This document shows, in pieces, positions 57,189-64,000 of a stretch of DNA of 64,000 nt (positions are counted from its first letter, which is position 1; each line of letters opens with the position of its first letter). Position numbers and translations under genes: made by a program. Source of the DNA: an uncultured Sulfitobacter sp. (GTDB lineage Bacteria; Pseudomonadota; Alphaproteobacteria; Rhodobacterales; Rhodobacteraceae). The notes under the pieces are model-generated. The model was given only the letters and a program-made list of their open reading frames with translations, was not told the origin of the DNA and did no database searches. The DNA lies in assembly GCA_964447345.1 (NCBI GenBank), contig CAYUSM010000001.1, forward strand, positions 194 to 64,193. The letters are read 5' to 3'.

Positions 57189-58291
57189 GTGTAGACCGCC
57201 ACCGGATCGCCCAACGCATCTTCATCGGGGTGGACGCCCAAGCCAGGTTCCTCCGGCAAGTGCAAATGGCCGTCGATGTTTCGTGGTCCGCGCCCACCTG
57301 CGATCTCTGCCGTGATCATGTCTTGGCAGGCCCAGACCGCGTGACAGTTGGCGTCGGGTATTGTCGCGGCCAGATGCAATGCCTCCGTATCGGCCAGAAC
57401 GCTTCCGCCGGTCGCCATCACGAACATGTCGATGCCGTGGCCAAGGGCGACGTCACGAATGCGGGCCGCTTTGGTCAGTCCGCCCACGCGGTTCAGCTTG
57501 ATGCCAAAAACCTCCGCGATCCCATCGCGGGCAATGCGGGCGGCGTCTTGCAAGGTAACCAAGCTCTCATCGATTGACACCGGGGCGGCATGCTTGCCCG
57601 CGATCGCTGCAATGTCATCAAGCGTTTCGCAGGGTTGCTCGAACATCACGTTCAGGTCTTCGGTTGCAGACATCACACGCAGGGCCTGCTGACGTGTCCA
57701 GCCACGGTTGACGTCGTAGAGCACAATTTCGCCTTCACGCCGGATGCTTTCCACGTCCCGAATGCGCGCAATGTCACGTTCGACATCGCCACCGATCTTA
57801 ACGGAATGTGCCACGTAACCGCGTTGCCGATAGCGCTCAATTACCGCTCTGGTTTCCTCGACTGTTTTTGCCCCGACGGAAGACGCAATTGGCCGTGGCG
57901 TGCGCGAACCGCCGCCCATCAAATCAGCAATGGGCAGGCCCACAGCCTGACCCGCAATGTCCCAGCACGCCATATCAATGGGCGACTTGGCATAAAGGTG
58001 TCCCGGCAGGGCAAGGTCCATCGCCCGTTCAACGTCCAGCACTCTGCGCGGATCAAGACCGATAAGAAACGGGGCCATTGTTTCAATGCCAGCGCGGATA
58101 CCGGGACCGTGCGCTGCGACATAGGTGTGGCCCCAGGGAGTGCCCTCCCCCCAGCCCATCAGGCCGGCATCCGTCTCGATCTTGATCAGTGTGGCATCGA
58201 GCACTTCGAACTTCAGCCGTCCGCCTGACAGCCAATAGGGATGCTCCAAGGGCAGATCGACCTGAAATACGGTGACGCGGGTGATCTTCAT
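57185..58291 (-). CDS. Enolase-superfamily MLE-subgroup racemase/epimerase (HpbD-like), copy 1
   Basis: PYWLSGGR, GWGEGTPWG, HSVKIG, DVN/EQP/DES, IKLNRVGG, PGLGV. Confidence 0.85.
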   Translation of the reverse strand: MKITRVTVFQVDLPLEHPYWLSGGRLKFEVLDATLIKIETDAGLMGWGEGTPWGHTYVAAHGPGIRAGIETMAPFLIGLDPRRVLDVERAMDLALPGHLYAKSPIDMACWDIAGQAVGLPIADLMGGGSRTPRPIASSVGAKTVEETRAVIERYRQRGYVAHSVKIGGDVERDIARIRDVESIRREGEIVLYDVNRGWTRQQALRVMSATEDLNVMFEQPCETLDDIAAIAGKHAAPVSIDESLVTLQDAARIARDGIAEVFGIKLNRVGGLTKAARIRDVALGHGIDMFVMATGGSVLADTEALHLAATIPDANCHAVWACQDMITAEIAGGRGPRNIDGHLHLPEEPGLGVHPDEDALGDPVAVYT

Positions 58292-58357
58292 AAGGTCAGT
58301 CCAATTCGGTCAGCAGCAAAACGGTCTGAACCGAACCTCTTTCTGTATCAACGAAGC

Positions 58358-60808
58358 TCACTCTGCAGCCTCCGGAACGACATCGCCGCGAGGCCGAAGG
58401 CTTTCGGGATCATAGGCAGGCGCCCCAAGAACCTCAGCCGCGCGTGGCTGGCCGTGAATCACGACCTCCAACTCCGTGCCCGGCTGAGCCGCATGCGGCT
58501 TCACGTAGGCAAAGGCCAGCACTTTGCCCATTGTCGGGCTGTAGACCACTGATGCGGTAGAGCCGACGACCTTGCCCTCCAGCATCACAGCCTCGCCACC
58601 ATGCCCATCCGCTCTCCCGTCGGATTCGATCTGGAGGTAGGCACAAAGCCAAGGCAGATCGGTATTCAGGGTTTTGTCGCGGCCAAGGTACTCTTTGTCC
58701 CGGCGCGCGAACCGCAAGACGTCGGCTTCTGCCAGCGTGACTTCATTGGTCAACTCGCCAGCCCCTTTGAATCCCTTCTCCATCCGCAAGACATTCATGG
58801 CAAAGGACCCGTAGTCCGCGATGCCATCCGCTTCACCGGCGGCCCAAAGCGTCTGGTAGATATCAATGCAGGCCGCATTCGGCATGTGGAACTCCCAGCC
58901 CAATTCCCCGGCGTAAGACATCCGAAATGCCCAGATGCGATGACCAGCAACAATGATTTGCTGCGCCGAGAGCCACCGAAACCCAGCATTTGACAGGTCC
59001 GCATCCGTACACCGGGCAAGTACGTCCCGTGCCCGCGGCCCGTTCAACGTCAGAGCCGACCAGTCTGACGACAGCGCCTTGACTGTCACATCCTCAGTGA
59101 CGCTTTGATGGGCCAGATGATCCAACAGCCGTTGTTCAAGAAAAGCAGCGCAAACCAGATAGAACTTGTCGTCTCCCATCCGCACAATTGTCGTCTCAAG
59201 CTCAATTCGGCCCCTCCGGTTGAGCATATGGGTCAGCGTGATCGATCCGACCTTTTGCGGCATCCGGTTTGCGATCAACCGATCAAGCAGGGCATAGGCA
59301 TCCGGTCCCTCCACCATAACCTTGGTGAAAGCGGTGACGTCCATGATCCCTACCCGTTCCCGGACGGCTTTCACCTCCTGCGCGACCATGTCGTCCACAG
59401 GCGTCCGGTTGAATGAATAATGGTCCTCCTGCGGGATACCCTTGGCAAAAAACCGGGGCCGTTCAAACCCATAGACCTCCTCATGCACGGCACCCTTTGA
59501 TTTCAGGAGGTCATGCAGTGGCGATGGCTTGATCGGCCGCCCCGCAAGGCGGTTGAAATGCGGGAATGGGATTTCGTGGCGCAGGCAATAATCTTCCTCG
59601 GCCTTCACCACCTGCCAGTCTTTCGTGGCATAGCCGCCAAAGCGGCGGGGGTCGTATTCCCGCATGGAGATGTCGGCAGCCCCATGCACCATCCACCGCG
59701 CCAGTTCCCGGCTCAGCCCAGGACCCCAGCCAATGCCGATCTGTGTGCCACAACAGCACCAGTAGTTGCGCACGCCGGGTGCGGGGCCGATCAGTGGATT
59801 GCCGTCAGGCGGGTGGCTGATTGCACCGTGGACTTCGCGCTGGATTCCAAGCGCCGTAAAAATCGGCATGCGGTTCAGACTTTCTTCCAGGTAAGGCATG
59901 ATGCGGTCGTAGTCGGCATCAAAAAGCCAGTTCTCGTAGTCCCATGGGCAATGATCATGCCAGACAGAGTTCGGGTTCTCCTTTTCGTAAATCCCGATCA
60001 ACCCGCGCTTTTGCTCCATACGGATGTAACCAGAGACCTTTTTGTCATCTCTGATAACGGGCAGCTCGGTGTCGAGTGTTTCAAATTCTGGTACCGGTTC
60101 AGTCACGAAGTAATGGTGTGTCATCGAGGTCATGGGTAGTTGAAGGCCCGACCATTCCCCCATCTGCCGCGCATAGGTACCGCCTGCGTTGACCACATGT
60201 TCACAGGTGATCGTCCCCTTCTCGGTCTCCACCTGCCATTCGCCTGACGGCAGTTGCGTGATGTTGGTCGCACGGCAATGGCGAATGATACGCACACCTT
60301 TCTGTCGGGCCCCCGCCGCCATAGCCATGGTGACGTTGGTCGGGTCCACGTGACCATCATCAGGCGTGTGCAAGGCACCCAAAACACCGTCAAGATTGTA
60401 GAAAGGATGAAGCCTTGCGACATCCTCGGGGCCAACCAGCTCGATATTGAACCCAAGGGACCGCCCCACCGACAGGGTGTGCCGCAACCAGTCCATCTCG
60501 TCCTCGGTATAGGCCAACCGGAAGGAGCCACATCCGTGCCATGTCACGGGCTGACCTGTCTCTGCCTCCAGTCCGCTGGAATAGAGCCCGATGTTGTAAT
60601 CGACGCATTTGCCAAGGCCGAAACTTGAGGTCGAATGCGTGATCTGCCCTGCAGCGTGCCAAGTGCTGCCAGACGTCAGTTCGGCCTTTTCAAGCAGAAC
60701 CGTATCATCGCCCCAGCCTTCATGCCCAAGATGGTAGGCAAGGCCAACACCCATCACCCCGCCGCCAACAATCACCACGCGGGCTTGGGTTGGAAATTCC
60801 TGTGCCAT
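58358..60808 (-). CDS. Dimethylglycine/sarcosine dehydrogenase-like FAD oxidoreductase (GcvT family)
   Basis: VGGGVMG, TSGSTWHAAG (covalent FAD His), DGHVDP, GcvT folate domain SYAGELGWE, LRMEKG. Confidence 0.9.
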   Translation of the reverse strand: MAQEFPTQARVVIVGGGVMGVGLAYHLGHEGWGDDTVLLEKAELTSGSTWHAAGQITHSTSSFGLGKCVDYNIGLYSSGLEAETGQPVTWHGCGSFRLAYTEDEMDWLRHTLSVGRSLGFNIELVGPEDVARLHPFYNLDGVLGALHTPDDGHVDPTNVTMAMAAGARQKGVRIIRHCRATNITQLPSGEWQVETEKGTITCEHVVNAGGTYARQMGEWSGLQLPMTSMTHHYFVTEPVPEFETLDTELPVIRDDKKVSGYIRMEQKRGLIGIYEKENPNSVWHDHCPWDYENWLFDADYDRIMPYLEESLNRMPIFTALGIQREVHGAISHPPDGNPLIGPAPGVRNYWCCCGTQIGIGWGPGLSRELARWMVHGAADISMREYDPRRFGGYATKDWQVVKAEEDYCLRHEIPFPHFNRLAGRPIKPSPLHDLLKSKGAVHEEVYGFERPRFFAKGIPQEDHYSFNRTPVDDMVAQEVKAVRERVGIMDVTAFTKVMVEGPDAYALLDRLIANRMPQKVGSITLTHMLNRRGRIELETTIVRMGDDKFYLVCAAFLEQRLLDHLAHQSVTEDVTVKALSSDWSALTLNGPRARDVLARCTDADLSNAGFRWLSAQQIIVAGHRIWAFRMSYAGELGWEFHMPNAACIDIYQTLWAAGEADGIADYGSFAMNVLRMEKGFKGAGELTNEVTLAEADVLRFARRDKEYLGRDKTLNTDLPWLCAYLQIESDGRADGHGGEAVMLEGKVVGSTASVVYSPTMGKVLAFAYVKPHAAQPGTELEVVIHGQPRAAEVLGAPAYDPESLRPRGDVVPEAAE

Positions 60809-60895
60809 GGCATTTGTCCCAGCGACTCGATTTTCACTCGACACGCTAATCGGACAGAAGTACCATCGTCAATCATGAATGGGACAAATGTATCA
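60806..60895. promoter_or_regulatory. Divergent promoter with three related operator-like motifs and a sigma70-type promoter
   Basis: TGGGACAAATG occurs inverted at 60811-60821 and direct at 60880-60890; TCGGACAGAAGTACCA (60850-60865) lies in the spacer of a minus-strand TTGACG-N18-TAGCGT (60872-60843). Confidence 0.6.
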
Positions 60896-61762
60896 AACAC
60901 GATTCTGGAACGGCTGGCGGGCGAACTGCCGGAGCTGACCCGCGAGGCCCGGAAGGCGGCGACCTATGTGCTGGAAAACCCCCGTGACGTTGGGGTGTCC
61001 ACGGTGCGGGAGATCGCGGAAGCCGCGAACGTGAAGCCGAACACAGTGGTCCGGATGGCACGGCAGGTAGGTTTCGAGGGTTATGAGGATTTTCGCGCGC
61101 CCTTCCGCGAGGCCATCCGAAGAGGGGCCGCAGACTTCCCGGATCGCGCACGTTGGTTGCAGGATATCAGGAAGTCTGGCGACTTGGGCAGCCTCTACGC
61201 CGATATGGTGCGCGACGTGCTATCAAATGTTGAGGAAACCTTTGCTGGCATCTCAACCGATGATCTCAAAACCGCGGCAGAGGCAATATGGAACGCGCGG
61301 CGGGTCTTCACCCTTGGCGTAGGCGTCAATCACTCGGTTGCGCGCAACTTTACCTACCTTGCGTCAACCGGCATGACTGAGTTTCACGCCATCCCCCGTC
61401 CGGGGTCAACACCGGTTGATGATCTTGCTTGGGCGGACGGTCAGGATGTTCTGATCGCGATGACCTGCAAACCCTACCGCACCGAAGTGGTTGAGGCGGT
61501 CAGCATTGCGCATCAACAAGGCATGACCATCATCGCCCTCTCCGACAGTCCGGCCAGCCCGATCATTCGGCAGGCCGAACACGGATTTGTGGTGTCTGTA
61601 GACACACCCCAGTTCTTCCCGTCCTCCGTTGGCCTGATTGCCTTGCTTGAAACGCTTCTGTCTTTTGTGATCGCCGTTGCGAGTGATGAGATACCTGAGC
61701 GGGTCGAACGGTTTCACAAACGGCGTCACCAGCTTGGCCTTTATCATGCAGAGGACAGGTGA
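60875..61762 (+). CDS. MurR/RpiR family regulator (HTH plus SIS)
   Basis: VREIAEAANVKPNTVVRMARQVGFEGY; SIS domain ALSDSPASP; start placed at ATG 60875. Confidence 0.88.
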   Translation: MNGTNVSNTILERLAGELPELTREARKAATYVLENPRDVGVSTVREIAEAANVKPNTVVRMARQVGFEGYEDFRAPFREAIRRGAADFPDRARWLQDIRKSGDLGSLYADMVRDVLSNVEETFAGISTDDLKTAAEAIWNARRVFTLGVGVNHSVARNFTYLASTGMTEFHAIPRPGSTPVDDLAWADGQDVLIAMTCKPYRTEVVEAVSIAHQQGMTIIALSDSPASPIIRQAEHGFVVSVDTPQFFPSSVGLIALLETLLSFVIAVASDEIPERVERFHKRRHQLGLYHAEDR

Positions 61763-62838
61763 TGGCACCAATCAGGTCTCTGGCTGCCCGCTACTACACC
61801 GATCCAGAGGTATTCCGGGCAGAGAACGCAGGCCTGTTGGCGCAGACCTGGCAGTTTGGGTGTCACGCATCAGAGATTGCAAACGCCGGTGACTACGCAA
61901 CTTTCGAGATCGCAGGCGAAAGTCTCTTTGCGATCCGGGGTCAGGACGGGCAGATCAGGGTCTTTTACAATGTCTGCCAACACCGGGCGCATCAGCTGGT
62001 GCAGGGCAAGGGAACAACACGCGTCATCGTATGCCCCTATCACGCCTGGACCTATGAGCTGACCGGCGGGCTGCGCGCTGGTCCCAACATCAAGGCCGTC
62101 GAAGGGTTCGATAAATCCGATGTCTGCCTGACAGAAGTGCGCGTCGAAGAGTTTCTGGGCTTTGTCTTCGTCAACCTCGACCCGGACGCAAAGCCCATGG
62201 ATGACTGGTTTCCCGACGTCCGCACTCAGCTTGAAGAATGGGTGCCGAACTGGGCTGACCTAAAGCCATTGGAGTGGGTTGAAATCCCCGAACATTGCAA
62301 CTGGAAGGTCTCTGTCGAAAACTATTCCGAATGCTACCACTGCGCATTGAACCACCCGACCTTTGCCAATGGCGTCGTCAGGCCAGAGACCTATGACATT
62401 CAACCTCAAGGCAAGTGCCTGCGTCACACGACCGAATGCCAAAGCCTTGAGGACATGACCTATGACATCGACTCGGGTTTTGAGCACAGCCACGAGTATT
62501 CCAGCTGGTTCCTCTGGCCGATGTTTTCGTTTCAGATCTACCCCGGCAATGTGCTGAACACATACCATTGGCGCGCCGTGGACGCGGACCATGTTGTGGT
62601 ATGGCGGGGATGGTACTCGGTCGGGGGAGCAGAGGACGCCAAGGTGCGGCAGTTGGCCGTGCAGGACCGGGAGACGACAGTCGAAGAGGACATTCATCTT
62701 GTCGAGTCGGTCCAACGCGGCTTGGGCTCTCGCGGCTATCGTCCCGGGCCTCTGGTCGTTGATCCCAAGGGTGGCGTGAATTCAGAACATCCTGTCATGC
62801 ATCTGCAACGCTGGATGCGTGATGCGATTGATGGCTGA
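61759..62838 (+). CDS. Rieske non-heme iron oxygenase alpha subunit (quaternary-amine type)
   Basis: CQHRAH...CPYHAW Rieske motif; NWK..ENYSECYHC..NHP with bridging Glu; EED...SVQRGL. Confidence 0.9.
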   Translation: MMAPIRSLAARYYTDPEVFRAENAGLLAQTWQFGCHASEIANAGDYATFEIAGESLFAIRGQDGQIRVFYNVCQHRAHQLVQGKGTTRVIVCPYHAWTYELTGGLRAGPNIKAVEGFDKSDVCLTEVRVEEFLGFVFVNLDPDAKPMDDWFPDVRTQLEEWVPNWADLKPLEWVEIPEHCNWKVSVENYSECYHCALNHPTFANGVVRPETYDIQPQGKCLRHTTECQSLEDMTYDIDSGFEHSHEYSSWFLWPMFSFQIYPGNVLNTYHWRAVDADHVVVWRGWYSVGGAEDAKVRQLAVQDRETTVEEDIHLVESVQRGLGSRGYRPGPLVVDPKGGVNSEHPVMHLQRWMRDAIDG

Positions 62839-62975
62839 CCCAGTCCCTTGCGAACACGCCACTTGCGTCCACAGCAAACGTCCGAAAAATACGTTTTGAA
62901 CCTGCCCTCGGAGCAACATTTGTCATGCGGGCGGCCCGGACCAGCATCCAGAGCAGAAATAGATGAGGTGAAGAT

Positions 62976-63368
62976 ATGAGCGCATTTGACGAAGACCTTT
63001 TCCTGAAGGGATTGGAACAACGCAAAGCCACACTTGGTGCAGAGTACGTCGAAAAAAACCTTGCAGCAGCGGATGACTTCACGCGTCCATTTCAAGAGGC
63101 GATGACGGCATGGTGCTGGGGCTTCGGTTGGGGCGATGACGTGATCGACGCCAAAACCCGATCCATGATGAACCTCTCGATGATCGGTGCGCTGGGAAAG
63201 ATGCAGGAGTGGGAGATCCATTGCCGGGGCGCGCTGAGAAATGGTGTCACTCAGGATGAAATCCGCGCCATCATCCATGTTGTTGGCATCTACTGCGGCG
63301 TGCCTCAGGCCCTTGAGTGCTTTCGCGTGGCACGCAGAGTTCTGGAAGAGGCGTCTGGAGACAGCTGA
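62976..63368 (+). CDS. Carboxymuconolactone decarboxylase family protein
   Basis: GLEQRKATLGAEYV, CWGFGW, RSMMNLSMIGALG, GALRNG, IYCGVP; GAGGTG RBS. Confidence 0.85.
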   Translation: MSAFDEDLFLKGLEQRKATLGAEYVEKNLAAADDFTRPFQEAMTAWCWGFGWGDDVIDAKTRSMMNLSMIGALGKMQEWEIHCRGALRNGVTQDEIRAIIHVVGIYCGVPQALECFRVARRVLEEASGDS

Positions 63369-63436
63369 CACAGAGGTCTTAGGTATGAGCCTGACGCTAA
63401 GTTGATTGGTCGGCTGGCAACGCTCGGTTCTGCTGA

Positions 63437-64000
63437 TCAATCAGCCTCGCTCTTCAGGTGCTCGTCGACAAGCCGTTGCACACGCGGCGCAAAATGCCAG
63501 AAGTCAGGTGTCTGCATGTCAGGCCGCTTCCCCGCCTCGTCCAGATAGCGCACCGCGATGATCGCCTCCAGATTGGGGTTTGTTTCAAACGTTGCCGCTT
63601 CCTCGGCGCTCATGGGACCCCCTTGCAGGTTCAGGGAATGAACCGATGCCTCTGACAAACGTCCGAAGTACTCCGGACGGGTTGCGCAAAGGTATCGTTT
63701 GGCCGCCACGTGATACCGACAACAATCGGTCACGATAGTCGGAAAGAAACGCTCCAACACCTCGGCACCGGCATCTTCATGATGACGGTCTTCGGTGTCG
63801 TCCATGGTGAAAGTCCCGAACTCGCTTGTGAAATGACCAATATCATGGAGCAAAGCCGCTACGATAATCTCGTCAGGCTGGCCATTTTGCTCCGCAATCG
63901 TGGCCCCTTGCAGCATGTGCTCGCCCATCGTGACAGGCTCACCCAAATATTCCTCGCCCCCGCGCCGGTCAAAAATCGACCCGATGAAGCCCACAATGTT
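63437..64000 (-). CDS. HD-domain diiron oxygenase, PhnZ/TmpB-like (5' end beyond the window)
   Basis: YLGEPV..EHMLQ, AALLHDIGH, HHE, HVAAKRYLCA, SLNLQGGPM, DEAGK; the frame is open to the window edge. Confidence 0.85.
   Translation of the reverse strand, partial: NIVGFIGSIFDRRGGEEYLGEPVTMGEHMLQGATIAEQNGQPDEIIVAALLHDIGHFTSEFGTFTMDDTEDRHHEDAGAEVLERFFPTIVTDCCRYHVAAKRYLCATRPEYFGRLSEASVHSLNLQGGPMSAEEAATFETNPNLEAIIAVRYLDEAGKRPDMQTPDFWHFAPRVQRLVDEHLKSEAD

Noticed and set aside
1-64000. tRNA, rRNA, riboswitch, IS elements or anti-phage defence genes
   Set aside because: None recognised by eye; intergenic gaps are short. A covariance-model scan would be needed to exclude small RNAs, especially in 1-386 and 19446-19688.

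Overview
Gene-dense, GC-rich chromosomal window from an alphaproteobacterium; gene content and protein style suggest Rhodobacterales/Roseobacter clade (inference). Left to right: an FMN glutamate-synthase-family gene; gabT with a divergent PuuR-like regulator; a complete general-stress-response locus (HisKA_2 kinase, ecfG, a nepR absent from the ORF track, phyR, DUF883 and holin-like membrane genes, a pseudo-receiver, Crp/Fnr, YihY, FNT channel) with several readable EcfG promoters; a peptide/amide ABC uptake and hydrolase region split by a GNAT-AcuC-HdeA-like block; maiA/FAH; cueR-copA with a CueR operator; a ~20 kb surface-polysaccharide locus (manC, rmlCBDA, RTX protein, four glycosyltransferases, kpsMTE-like exporter, sulfotransferase, FkbH-like protein, CmcI O-methyltransferase) that contains a lone DUF2793 gene-transfer-agent tail-fibre-like gene; and a quaternary-amine catabolic region (butyrobetaine/carnitine CoA trio, two tandem HpbD-like enolase-superfamily enzymes, a GSA-like aminotransferase, a DMG-dehydrogenase-like enzyme, RpiR with repeated operator-like motifs, a Rieske oxygenase, a CMD protein and a PhnZ/TmpB-like HD enzyme). 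I saw no rRNA, tRNA, CRISPR array or transposase. Best leads: the GTA fibre inside the polysaccharide locus, the methyl/glyceroyl/sulfate decoration triad, the orphan betaine pathway, and a basic histone-like tail on GabT. All functional calls are from motif recognition by eye; no database searches were run.
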